From the NCBI GenBank assembly GCA_049515535.1, contig JBEKTZ010000005.1:1-64000 (forward strand): a stretch of DNA of 64,000 nucleotides, written 5' to 3'. The first letter of the stretch is position 1; every line of letters starts with the position of its first letter. The notes under the pieces were generated by a model. That model worked only from the letters and a program-made list of their open reading frames with translations, was not told the origin of the DNA and searched no databases. This document shows, piece after piece, positions 9,126 through 18,669 of the stretch. Position numbers and translations under genes: made by a program. The stretch is from Candidatus Aminicenantales bacterium (lineage in GTDB: Bacteria; Acidobacteriota; Aminicenantia; Aminicenantales; UBA4085).

Positions 9126-11243
9126 ATGCGCCGCAAAGAACTTCTCCTCCTTACGGCCGTTCTTCTCGTCGGGGGTTTTCTGCGGATTTTTCATCTGGGG
9201 ACGCTGTTTTTCAACGGCGATGAGCCCATGCATCAGATCCGGATATCCTATCAACCCCTCGCCTATATCTTTCGAAACAACAACGGCCCTCTGTTCTCGA
9301 TCCTGGTCCATTTTCTTCTTCCTCTCGGTTCTCTCGAGGTCATGGCCCGGCTGGTCCCGTTTTTGACCGGCGTCCTGGCGATCCTCGTCACGTTTTTCCT
9401 GGGTCGGGCGCTGTTTTCGAGGGCGGTCGGGTTGACGGCCGCTTGTCTCGTGGCCTGCAGCCCCCTTCTCATATTTTATTCTCAGAACAGCCGGACCTAC
9501 GCGCCGTTGACTTTACTTTTCCTTCTTTCTTTTTACTTCCTTCACAAAGCTGTCCGGGACGGAAAGGCGCGGTCTTGGGCGCTTTACGGGCTGACGCTCT
9601 GCCTTTGCCTTTACAATCACACCATCGCCTTCCTCATTCTTCCTCCCTACGCGGCCTATGTCGGATACGTCTGGCTGGAAAGCAAAATACGGTCGAAGGC
9701 CGGTGGACAGGATTCCCTTCGTCTCCGGACCGTTCGGCATTTTGTCGTCTGGACGGCCGCGGCGGTCGGGCTGGCGGCTCTACTTTATATTCCTTGCGCT
9801 TGGATGCTGGACATGTTCTTAGGGTCCTTCCGGCGCGGGCTTTCTCATCCCCAGGATTACGTGGTTCTGACCCTGCGGGAGATCCGCAACATCCTTCAAG
9901 TCGAAATCTCCCAGGCGATCCCGGGCATCTTCGTCCTGACGCTTATCTTGTTCACCGTGGGTTTATTGACGCGGCTCAAAATATATCGGCGGGAAACCCT
10001 GCTGGTTGTGGCGACCGTCGGTTTCCCTTGGCTTATGTTTCTTCTGAGTAAGCCGCGAGCCAACGACGTCTATTCGCTCTATCGATATCTGCAGTTTCTT
10101 CTCCCGTTGATATTTATCATGGCCGCCCGCGGTATCGATTCTCTGTCGACGGGCGTGGCGGTGCTCGCGGCCCGCACGAAGGCGCGCCGCCGTTCGGCCA
10201 TTCAAGCCCTGGTGGGGATCGGCCTCGCGGTCGTTCTGGCGGCGGGGTACGTTATGAACTTGAGCGGCTATTACTATTCGGATTACTGGCGCCAGGGATC
10301 TTATCGATTCGACCGAGAGGTCAAGGCGCTTTTTGAAGAGCGGACCGACCGGGATGCGCTGCTGTACATAGACGCCTATCCGATGTCCTCTCTTCTCCTG
10401 ATGATGAACCCTTTAGCGAAGGACCAACGGCCCGAGGAGACCGAGTTCGCGGCTCGCGAGAATTATGTCCATCCGCCTGGCGCACATCCGGTTATGGTCC
10501 ATGTCCTGGACTGGCCCTATTTTCTGAGCTTCGTCGCGAGCCGGAAAATCGAGATGTGGGCCCTTACGCCGCGCACGCCGGAAAAGACCGAGTCCCTGCG
10601 CGCGGCGTCGGCGAACGACGGCCGTCTCGAGGTCTTCGACCTCGCGAAATTCACGCTCCTTCATTTCAAGAAGGACGAATGTTCCCTCGCCGAAAAAATG
10701 GCCGCCCTGGCCGACATGCTGCCGTCCTGGCCCGACGGAGATTCGATCCTCCGGCGGCAGCGGCGCCTTTTCGCCGCCAAAGCGTTTGTCATGACCCGGG
10801 ATGTCCGGGACGCCATTCGGGAGGTCGTAGCTTTTGAAGACATCTCGGTGAACGCGACGGCCGAGACCGCGAACGGCGGGACCGGGACCGAACGTATTCT
10901 CGGAGGTCTCTTAGGATTCACCCCCGCTAAACTTCGTGAAATCTATGAACGGCGCGCCTTGACCGAAGCCCAAAGCCTCTTCTTGGCGCTCGGCAACAAC
11001 CTGGTCGATGCCGGCCATCTGCTTGACGCCGCGCTGGCGTACGAGGAAGTCGTTCGCCTCGGCCATGACCTCGACGCCCAGGTGCTCGAACGGCTGGCCA
11101 TTCTTGGTGACCATTTTGAACAGTCGGGCAAACCCGAACAAGCCCTGAAGGTTTGGGAGACGGCGTCCCTCTTGGACCCGAGCCGCAAGGACATTACATC
11201 TCGCATCGCCCGTGTTCGGACCAAAGCGGCGATTTCGCGCTGA
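9126..11243 (+). CDS. GT-C fold membrane glycosyltransferase (GT39/ArnT-like) with C-terminal TPR-like helices
   Basis: DE motif after TM1 (NGDEP), YSQNSRTYA, many TMs, RYLQF, TPR-like end (ALKVWETASLLDP). Confidence 0.8.
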   Translation: MRRKELLLLTAVLLVGGFLRIFHLGTLFFNGDEPMHQIRISYQPLAYIFRNNNGPLFSILVHFLLPLGSLEVMARLVPFLTGVLAILVTFFLGRALFSRAVGLTAACLVACSPLLIFYSQNSRTYAPLTLLFLLSFYFLHKAVRDGKARSWALYGLTLCLCLYNHTIAFLILPPYAAYVGYVWLESKIRSKAGGQDSLRLRTVRHFVVWTAAAVGLAALLYIPCAWMLDMFLGSFRRGLSHPQDYVVLTLREIRNILQVEISQAIPGIFVLTLILFTVGLLTRLKIYRRETLLVVATVGFPWLMFLLSKPRANDVYSLYRYLQFLLPLIFIMAARGIDSLSTGVAVLAARTKARRRSAIQALVGIGLAVVLAAGYVMNLSGYYYSDYWRQGSYRFDREVKALFEERTDRDALLYIDAYPMSSLLLMMNPLAKDQRPEETEFAARENYVHPPGAHPVMVHVLDWPYFLSFVASRKIEMWALTPRTPEKTESLRAASANDGRLEVFDLAKFTLLHFKKDECSLAEKMAALADMLPSWPDGDSILRRQRRLFAAKAFVMTRDVRDAIREVVAFEDISVNATAETANGGTGTERILGGLLGFTPAKLREIYERRALTEAQSLFLALGNNLVDAGHLLDAALAYEEVVRLGHDLDAQVLERLAILGDHFEQSGKPEQALKVWETASLLDPSRKDITSRIARVRTKAAISR

Positions 11244-11658
11244 AACGACCGGACGACAAGCTCCGGCGCTCAATAATTTTCGAGACGTATCGCCCGCGCC
11301 GCCGGGAATTCTATTTTATAACCCTGTCCCCCTCTCAGGAGCGATAGACAAGCACGCGGACAATAGTAATATTCGGAGATTAAGCCTATTCTGCTAAATA
11401 CTCCCATCATGATGCCCTCTCTCTCATTCTAGGGGGGAACTTGTCACGGTTAATCCTACAACTCTTTAAAATGGTTTTTCAACCAGGAAAATCCTTTATT
11501 ATGGACCGGATCAAATTTAAAAATAAGTATCTTGTAAAAATGCTCCAGACTTTTGTGAACAAATTGAGGACAAAATCGCTAAAAATGGCTCAGTTTGACT
11601 ATCCCAGGCTAAAGACAAAAATCAGGCTAACTGATTGAGAAACAAGCGGAAAAGGGAA

Positions 11659-11732
11659 CGCGCCTGGAGAGATTCGAACTCCCGACCCTCTGCTTAGAAG
11701 GCAGATGCTCTATCCACCTGAGCTACAGGCGC
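11659..11732 (-). tRNA. tRNA-Arg(TCT)
   Basis: GCGCCTGTAGCTCAGGTGGATAGAGC; anticodon arm TCTGC-CTTCTAA-GCAGA; GTTCGAATC; CCA not encoded. Confidence 0.97.
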
Positions 11733-11760
11733 ACCGTCCGTGTCGGGCCTTGAGGAACAA

Positions 11761-11835
11761 TCGGGGAGGTCGGATTTGAACCGACGACCTCTTGCTCCCA
11801 AGGCAAGCGCGCTAACCAGGCTGCGCCACTCCCCG
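11761..11835 (-). tRNA. tRNA-Pro(TGG)
   Basis: CGGGGAGTGGCGCAGCCTGGTTAGCGC; anticodon arm CTTGC-CTTGGGA-GCAAG; GGTTCAAATCC; CCA not encoded. Confidence 0.97.
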
Positions 11836-11893
11836 CGAAGGCGAATCGAAACACGCGGGAGAAAGGCCTTTGCGCGTGTTCAAAAGCCCGTTC

Positions 11894-11923
11894 ATGGTAA
11901 CAGAACGGCCCGAAGATTGTCAA
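11894..11923 (-). promoter_or_regulatory. sigma-70 promoter for the tRNA pair
   Basis: TTGACA-N18-TACCAT overlapping the mutL stop codon. Confidence 0.55.
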
Positions 11924-13638
11924 TTTACCGGCCTCTTTAGCCCCTTTTCTATCTGAGATTTAGCGAGTTTGACGACAATCGGCCGCCCGTGCGGGCAAAG
12001 GGAAGGATTGGCCGTTTTGAAAAGCTCCTGGACGAGAAATTCCATTTTTTCCCGCGGGAGGGGCTGGCCGGCCTTGATCGCCGTCTTGCAGGCCATGGTC
12101 GCCAGCAGCTTGTCTTTTTTGCCTTCCGCGGGGCTCTCTTTCATCTCTCCGATGAGCGCCAGAAAAGCCATCAGGGCTTCCTCCGGCTTGAAAATATCGG
12201 GAAACTCGCGAAGGGCGTAGCTTCGGCCGCCCATGGCCTCGACGCGGAAGCCGGCGTCCCTGAGCAATTCCTCAGCGGCGTCCAGGGCCACGGCCTGGGA
12301 AGGCGAAAGGTCGAAAAGGAGGGGGATGAGGCTCATTTTGACCGGCCATTTCTTCCGGCGGTCGATATCCGCGTACTTTTCATACAGGACCCGCTCGTGG
12401 GCGTTGTGCTGATCGATGACGAGGAGCCCGTCCGCGTCTTCGGCGACGATATACGAATCCGCGAACTGGCCCAGGACGCGGCGCGCGGCTTTCTCCGCCG
12501 GCCCCGCGGCCGAATACGCGAAAGACGCAGCTTTGCGTTCGAAGGGCCTTTCGCCTTCGGATATTCCGAACGGAATTCCCGGGTTGATCGGATCAGCTCC
12601 GTCCGCCGGACGGCTGCCTGCCGAAGTGAGGGAGATTTCTTTGATGCCTTCGACCTTCAGCCGCGCGTGGGAGAGGCTTCTCGCGACGATTTGGAAGACC
12701 GCCGATGAATCGCGAAAACGGACCTCGGACTTGGCCGGATGGACGTTGACGTCCACGTCCCCGAACGGCACGCTCAAAAACAGGAAGGCCTCGGGCGAAA
12801 GATCCTTTTCCAAGAGCCCCCGATAAACCTGGTTCAGGGCGGCGGAGAGGATCTTGTCGTGGACCGGGCGCCGGTTCACGAAGAAGAATTGGTGCGTCCG
12901 GCCCGTTTTGCCCGCGGGCGGCCGGGACGAAAAGCCTTGGAGCCGGAACTCCCCTTCCGCATAATCGACTTCGATCAGCTTGTCCAGAAGCGATTTTCCG
13001 TAGAGATGGAAGATCCTCTCTTTGAGGCTCTGGACGGGCGGACAATCCAGAATGCTCCGGCCGCCGTGGTCGAGCTTGAGCCTGAGATGGGGATACGCGA
13101 GAGCGACGTTCGTCAGGTATTTGACGATCTGGCTGAGCTCCGCCTGGTCGCCGCGCAAGAATTTTTGCCGGGCGGGCAGGTTGAAAAAAAGGTCGCGGAC
13201 TTCGATCGTCGTCCCGCGGGGAAAAGCGATGTCCCTGGCGGGCCACGCCGTCTCGGCTTCGCGCTCGATTTCGGTCCCCGGACCGGCCGCTCCCTCCGAC
13301 GTCTTGAGCGACAGCCGCGAAACGGAGGCGATGCTCGGCAACGCCTCGCCGCGGAACCCCAGCGTGGAAATGCCGAGGAGATCCTCTTCGCGGACGATCT
13401 TGCTCGTCGAATGCCGGACGAACGCGATCTCGGCGTCCTCGCGGCTCATCCCTTGGCCGTCATCCCGAACCCGGATGAGCTTTTTCCCGCCGGCGAGAAG
13501 TTCCACGGCGATCTCCGCGGCCCCGGCGTCCAAAGAATTTTCGACCAGCTCCTTGACCACGGACATGGGACGTTCGATGACTTCGCCGGCCGCTATCTTC
13601 TGGGATATCTCCGGAGGGAGAACTTTAATGCGCTTCAT
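11920..13638 (-). CDS. mutL: DNA mismatch repair endonuclease MutL
   Basis: IAAGEVIERP, KELVENSLDAGA, GFRGEAL, DVNVHP; endonuclease motifs DQHNAHER, ACK, CPHGRP. Confidence 0.97.
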   Translation of the reverse strand: MKRIKVLPPEISQKIAAGEVIERPMSVVKELVENSLDAGAAEIAVELLAGGKKLIRVRDDGQGMSREDAEIAFVRHSTSKIVREEDLLGISTLGFRGEALPSIASVSRLSLKTSEGAAGPGTEIEREAETAWPARDIAFPRGTTIEVRDLFFNLPARQKFLRGDQAELSQIVKYLTNVALAYPHLRLKLDHGGRSILDCPPVQSLKERIFHLYGKSLLDKLIEVDYAEGEFRLQGFSSRPPAGKTGRTHQFFFVNRRPVHDKILSAALNQVYRGLLEKDLSPEAFLFLSVPFGDVDVNVHPAKSEVRFRDSSAVFQIVARSLSHARLKVEGIKEISLTSAGSRPADGADPINPGIPFGISEGERPFERKAASFAYSAAGPAEKAARRVLGQFADSYIVAEDADGLLVIDQHNAHERVLYEKYADIDRRKKWPVKMSLIPLLFDLSPSQAVALDAAEELLRDAGFRVEAMGGRSYALREFPDIFKPEEALMAFLALIGEMKESPAEGKKDKLLATMACKTAIKAGQPLPREKMEFLVQELFKTANPSLCPHGRPIVVKLAKSQIEKGLKRPVN

Positions 13639-13652
13639 TTATGCCTTTTTCA

Positions 13653-14894
13653 TTATACAACTTTGCCTTCCGTCGTTTTATCGGTCACCCGGATAATTTT
13701 CACCTTGACGGCGTCTCCTTTCCGCGCGGAACAATCGGGCACCGCCACGCTGATATAATTCGCGGTCAGGACATCGGCCCCGCGGACCGTTCTCTCGATC
13801 ACGACGCCGTCGAGGATCTCGCTGGAAAACCGGGCGCGAAACGCCGCGTTTTTCCGCTGGGACAGTTTTCGCAACCGCGCCGCCCTTCCGTTTTTCGTTT
13901 TTTCGTCCACCGGCTTCATCGCGGCCGCCGGCGTGCCCGGTCGGGGCGAAAAGGAAAATACGTGGAAATAGGCGAGCGGAGATTCGCCGAGAAATTTTTC
14001 CGTCGCCCGGAAATCATCGTCGGTCTCCCCGGGAAACCCGACGATGACGTCCGCTCCGAGGGCTGCCCGCGGAGCGCTCATTCGCAGATGATCCATGATG
14101 TCCCGGTAGGCGGAGATCGTCCCGCTCCGTCCCATCGCTTTCAATACTTTTTCCGACCCGTGCTGCAGGGAAAGATGGAAATGGGGTTGGATTCGCCCCG
14201 AGGCCGCGAGGCGGTTGATGAGCGGACCCGGAAGGAGCCGGGGATCGAGCGAACTCAAGCGGACCTTGAAATCGCCGGCCCGTCCCTCGACGCCCCGCAG
14301 CAGGTCCAAGAGCGAAGATCGCGGCTCCCAATCGCCGCCATAAGAACAGAGATGGATGCCCGTCAAGACGATCTCCTTGTATCCCCGGCGGGCTAGGCTC
14401 TCGATCCGGCCGAGGACCTCGGCCTCCGGGACGCTGACGCTCCGGCCCCGCACGCCGGGGATCACGCAGAACGAGCAGGCCATGTTGCATCCATCCTGCA
14501 CCTTGAGGAGCGCCCTCGCCCGATACGGCCGCGCCTCACGGTCCGCGACGCATTTCCTGCCGGGAAGGAGACGTTCCGCGAGAAACTTTTTGTCTCCGTT
14601 GGCTATGATTTTCCAGATGCCGGGGACGCCGGAGAACTCGCGGGGATTCCGCTCGGCGAGACATCCCGTGACGACGACCTTGGCCGTCGGGTTATCCCGG
14701 ATGACCTTGCGGATGAATTTCCGCACGTCGCGATCGGCCCGGCCGGTCAGCGTGCAGGTGTTGACGATAACGAGCTCGCCGCAGCCGGGCTCCGGATCGA
14801 GCCGCAATCCCCGTTTTTGAAAATCTTCGGCCCACTCGAACGATTCCGCCTGATTGACGCGGCAGCCGAAATTCCGGATCGAAAAAGAATCCAT
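13653..14894 (-). CDS. mtaB: tRNA t6A37 methylthiotransferase MtaB (MiaB-like radical SAM)
   Basis: GCRVNQAES, NTCTLT, TGC, KVQDGCNMACSFC, GFPGET, FSPRPGT. Confidence 0.88.
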   Translation of the reverse strand: MDSFSIRNFGCRVNQAESFEWAEDFQKRGLRLDPEPGCGELVIVNTCTLTGRADRDVRKFIRKVIRDNPTAKVVVTGCLAERNPREFSGVPGIWKIIANGDKKFLAERLLPGRKCVADREARPYRARALLKVQDGCNMACSFCVIPGVRGRSVSVPEAEVLGRIESLARRGYKEIVLTGIHLCSYGGDWEPRSSLLDLLRGVEGRAGDFKVRLSSLDPRLLPGPLINRLAASGRIQPHFHLSLQHGSEKVLKAMGRSGTISAYRDIMDHLRMSAPRAALGADVIVGFPGETDDDFRATEKFLGESPLAYFHVFSFSPRPGTPAAAMKPVDEKTKNGRAARLRKLSQRKNAAFRARFSSEILDGVVIERTVRGADVLTANYISVAVPDCSARKGDAVKVKIIRVTDKTTEGKVV

Positions 14895-14900
14895 AAAAAC

Positions 14901-15392
14901 TTACAAACTCTTCTTGAGCTTCTCCGAATCGACCTCCACCTGGACCGCCATTCTCTTGCGTTCCTCCTGGAGTTTTTTCCGGAGTCCGGGCTTTTTCAAG
15001 CCGAGGATCTCGACGGCGAGCAATGCGGCGTTCGTCGCTCCCGCCTTTCCCGTGCCCATGGTCGCGACCGGGATGCCTTTGGGCATCTGGATGGTCGAAA
15101 GCAGGGCGTCCAGCCCGCCCAGGCCGCCGCTCTCGACCGGAACGCCGATGACCGGCCTCACGGTGTGCGAAGCGACGACGCCGGCGAGATGCGCGGCCTT
15201 GCCCGCCACGGCAATGAACACCTCGGCCCCCTCGGCCTCGTATTTCCGGACGAGCTTCAGCGTCCGTTCCGGAGAGCGGTGCGCCGACGTGATTTCGAGC
15301 GCGAACGAAACCTCGAGCTTTTTGAGGGTCTCGAGGGCGTCCTTGACGATATCGAAATCGGATTCGCTGCCGATGAAAATCGCGACGTCCAT
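14901..15392 (-). CDS. purE: N5-CAIR mutase PurE
   Basis: GSESD, SAHRSP, AAHLAG, PVIGVP, QMPKGIPVAT. Confidence 0.96.
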   Translation of the reverse strand: MDVAIFIGSESDFDIVKDALETLKKLEVSFALEITSAHRSPERTLKLVRKYEAEGAEVFIAVAGKAAHLAGVVASHTVRPVIGVPVESGGLGGLDALLSTIQMPKGIPVATMGTGKAGATNAALLAVEILGLKKPGLRKKLQEERKRMAVQVEVDSEKLKKSL

Positions 15393-15407
15393 GGGTCCTC
15401 CTCCCGT

Positions 15408-16685
15408 TCAATCCTTCATGCGCGCCGTGCCGATGTCGCGGCGATAGTGCATGCCCTCGAAACTGATGCCGGCGACGGCGCCGTAAATTTTCCTCACGGA
15501 CTCTTTCAGGGACGGCTCGGACGCGCAGACGCCGAGCACGCGGCCGCCGTTCGTCAGATACCGGCCGTTTTCGTACTTCGTCCCGGCGTGAAAGACGGCG
15601 AGCCCGGGAATCCGGGACGCCGCTTCCAGGCCCTCGATCACTTTGCCTTTCTCGTAGGGACCGGGATATCCTCCCGAGGCGAGAATCACGCAGGCCGAAG
15701 CGTTCGGCCTCCAGCGGACCTCGCTTCGCAGAATATCGCCTTCGACGGCCGCGAGCAGGATATCCACCAGATCGCTTTCAAGGCGGAGCATCTGCGGTTG
15801 CGTCTCGGGGTCTCCGAAGCGGCAGTTGTATTCGAGGACCTTGGGTCCGTCCTCGGTCAGCATCAGCCCGGCGTAGAGCGTGCCTTTGAACGTCCGGCCT
15901 TCGTCGCGCATCCCCGCGACCGTCGGCAGGATGATCGTCTTCATGACCTCGTCGAAGAGTTCGTCCGTAAGGAACGGGGACGGCGAAATCGTCCCCATTC
16001 CGCCCGTGTTCGGGCCTTCGTCCCCGTCGAGGACAGCCTTGTGGTCCATGGTCGTCACGAGGGGCAGGGCGGCTTTCCCGTCCGCGATGACGATGAATGA
16101 AACTTCCTTGCCGCGCAGGAATTCCTCGATGAGGACGCGGCTTCCGGCGTCGCCGAACTGCCGTTCGATCATGATCGAAGCGATCGCCCGGTCGGCTTCG
16201 GCGAGATCCTTGCAGATGATGACGCCCTTGCCGGCGGCCAGCCCGTCGGCCTTGACGACGACGGGGAATCCGAACTCGCCCGTGCGCAGGGCGGCCAGGG
16301 CCTCTTCCGCGGAATCGATGACCCGGAACTGTCCGGTCGGGATCCCGTGGCGCCGCATGAATTCCTTGGCGAAGACCTTGCTTCCTTCGAGCTCGGCCGC
16401 ATTTCCGGCCGGGCCGTAAATGCGCAGGCCTCGCCTCTCGAATTCGTCGACGATGCCCATCGTCAAGGGGACTTCCGGCCCGACGACGGTCAGGCCGATC
16501 TTTTCGAGCGCCGCGAAATCGGCCAATCCAGCGATGTCCGCGTCGCCGATCGCAACGTTCTTGGCGACGCTCCGCGTGCCGCCGTTGCCGGGCGCGCAAT
16601 AAAGCTTATCGACTCGAGGGCTTTGCGCGATTTTCCAGGCGAGGGCGTGTTCCCGCCCGCCGGAGCCGATGATGAGGACGTCCAT
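15408..16685 (-). CDS. purD: Phosphoribosylamine-glycine ligase PurD
   Basis: GSGGREHAL, KADGLAAGKGV, GPNTGGMG, RFGDPETQ. Confidence 0.97.
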   Translation of the reverse strand: MDVLIIGSGGREHALAWKIAQSPRVDKLYCAPGNGGTRSVAKNVAIGDADIAGLADFAALEKIGLTVVGPEVPLTMGIVDEFERRGLRIYGPAGNAAELEGSKVFAKEFMRRHGIPTGQFRVIDSAEEALAALRTGEFGFPVVVKADGLAAGKGVIICKDLAEADRAIASIMIERQFGDAGSRVLIEEFLRGKEVSFIVIADGKAALPLVTTMDHKAVLDGDEGPNTGGMGTISPSPFLTDELFDEVMKTIILPTVAGMRDEGRTFKGTLYAGLMLTEDGPKVLEYNCRFGDPETQPQMLRLESDLVDILLAAVEGDILRSEVRWRPNASACVILASGGYPGPYEKGKVIEGLEAASRIPGLAVFHAGTKYENGRYLTNGGRVLGVCASEPSLKESVRKIYGAVAGISFEGMHYRRDIGTARMKD

Positions 16686-16687
16686 GG

Positions 16688-18124
16688 CTAGCTCAATTTC
16701 TGCAGATTTTCCGCGAACCGGGCGGCGAAATCCGGATAGGGAAAGGCCGCCGTGAAGATCCGCGCCGCGAGCGGAACGGCCTCACGGGCCGGCAGGCAAT
16801 ATTTCATTTCGAGGAAATTCCGGCGGTATCTTTTCACCGCATCTTTGACGTTTTTGTTCCGGATGACGGCGTCCGCGATGTAGCCGGCGAGCTCATCGAA
16901 CTCTTTTTCCTTCATGCCGAAGCGGGTCATCTCCTGGACGCCCATACGGATTCCGCTCGATTCGAGGAACGTTTCGTCGTCGGGCAAGGCTTGATAATTC
17001 ACGATGATGTTGTTCTCTTCCAACCGCCGGGCGATTTCCATCCCGGGGCCGAACGGCTTGACCCGGATAAGGACCTGGTGAGTCTCCGTGAAACCGTCGC
17101 TGGGGTCGCCCTCGACCGGGATGCCTTTTTCCTTGAGGGCCCTGGCGAACGCTTTGGCGTTGGCTTGGACCTGGCCCTGCAATTCCTTCTTGAACTCGTT
17201 CATTTCATAGGTCGCCATAAGCAGGCCGACGAGCGTGCCCAAATGATGGTTGCTCGTCGAGCCCGGAAAGGCCCGGGCCCGGATGTCGAGCCACAGGTTC
17301 CGCAGCGGACTTTCTTTGGGAAAGTTTCCCGCCACGAGGCCGCGCTGGGTCCCAAAAAACGTCTTGTGCGTGCTGCCGGTGACGATATCGATCCCTTCCT
17401 TGAACGGGTCCTGGAACGCGCCGTACAAACCGAGGACGTGGGCCATGTCGAACATCATCACGGGCCGCGGGGCCCAGTCCTTGACGATTTCCGCCACCTC
17501 CTTGACCGGCTCCGGGTAAAGGAACATGCTCTTGCCGAAGACGATGAGCTCGGGTTTGTATTTTTCGAAAAGCCCGGCCAGGGCGGCCACGTCGGGCTTG
17601 TAGGGATTGTCCTTGAGCAAGGGGAGGTGGACGACGTTTTCTTTTCCGGTCCGAGGGTCCTCTTCGACGAAATTGAACAGCGCCCCCATCGGCTGGGAAC
17701 TCAGGTGCCCGCCTTTGTTCAGATCGTTGTTCATGACCAGCCCCATCCGCCGGGATGGCCTCCCCTCGGGCTTGTTCCTGTTGATGAATTTGACCATCCC
17801 CTTGAACACGACCTCGTTGGCCATCTGGCCGCTGATGGGCCTGAGTTCGACGTCCGTGCACCCGAAATATTTCCCGAGCTCGCGCCGGGCCTCGATCTCC
17901 ACGTCGCGGATGAAATCGATGCCTTGATAGAAATAGATTTCCTCGCCTTTTATCGTCCGGTGCTCGGCATAGCGGCCGGCCGGATCGGAGATCTCGCACA
18001 TTTTGACGAGGAGCGAGGGCGTGGATTCCGACGGGATGAGATTGAAGGATTCCTTCTGACGCCAGGCATTATTACGTTCCACTTTTTCCGTGAGGGCTTG
18101 GATCTTTTCGCTGAATGATGACAT
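16688..18124 (-). CDS. glyA: Serine hydroxymethyltransferase-family PLP enzyme (divergent)
   Basis: NLIPSES, SGQMAN, GGHLS, DMAH, STHKT (PLP Lys), SGIRMG. Confidence 0.78.
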   Translation of the reverse strand: MSSFSEKIQALTEKVERNNAWRQKESFNLIPSESTPSLLVKMCEISDPAGRYAEHRTIKGEEIYFYQGIDFIRDVEIEARRELGKYFGCTDVELRPISGQMANEVVFKGMVKFINRNKPEGRPSRRMGLVMNNDLNKGGHLSSQPMGALFNFVEEDPRTGKENVVHLPLLKDNPYKPDVAALAGLFEKYKPELIVFGKSMFLYPEPVKEVAEIVKDWAPRPVMMFDMAHVLGLYGAFQDPFKEGIDIVTGSTHKTFFGTQRGLVAGNFPKESPLRNLWLDIRARAFPGSTSNHHLGTLVGLLMATYEMNEFKKELQGQVQANAKAFARALKEKGIPVEGDPSDGFTETHQVLIRVKPFGPGMEIARRLEENNIIVNYQALPDDETFLESSGIRMGVQEMTRFGMKEKEFDELAGYIADAVIRNKNVKDAVKRYRRNFLEMKYCLPAREAVPLAARIFTAAFPYPDFAARFAENLQKLS

Positions 18125-18146
18125 CGTGACGCTCTCCTGAAATATT

Positions 18147-18599
18147 TTAAGCTTTGAAATGGCTTTCTTCGATCGCCCGGATTTTATCCACGCGCCGCGC
18201 GTGTCGGCCGCCCTCGAACGGCGCGGCCAGCCAGATTTGGACGATCGCCAGGGCTTCAGCCAGGGCCAGAGTCCGGCCGCCGAGGGCCAGGCAGTTCGAA
18301 TCGTTGTGCCGTCGGCTCACTTCGGCCGTGAATGCGTCCCAGCAGACGGTGGCCCGGATCCCCTTGAATTTGTTCGCCGCGACGGACATGCCGATGCCCG
18401 TGCCGCAGATGAGAATCGCCCGGTCAAAGGCGCCGGCGACGACCTCGCCGGCCGCGCTCGCGGCGAAGTCGACATAATCCACGGTTTCGCCCGGTCCGCA
18501 GCCGAAATCCTTGAAATCGATATTTCTATCGGAAAGATAGCGGGCGATGCCCGTCTTCAATTCGTATCCGGCGTGATCGGAAGCCAATGCGATCTTCAT
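18147..18599 (-). CDS. rpiB: Ribose-5-phosphate isomerase B
   Basis: ASDHAG, CGTGIG, HNDSN, FEGGRH. Confidence 0.96.
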   Translation of the reverse strand: MKIALASDHAGYELKTGIARYLSDRNIDFKDFGCGPGETVDYVDFAASAAGEVVAGAFDRAILICGTGIGMSVAANKFKGIRATVCWDAFTAEVSRRHNDSNCLALGGRTLALAEALAIVQIWLAAPFEGGRHARRVDKIRAIEESHFKA

Positions 18600-18669
18600 C
18601 CGCGCCCCCTGAAATGAGCTTCTTCCTTTTCGCCTCTTCCCGAGGGGATGAGGGCCTTCATGCCGCGTT

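Noticed and set aside
11441..11638. 65-aa ORF next to tRNA-Arg
   Set aside because: TTG start, AT-rich and no motif; more likely non-coding island-end sequence.
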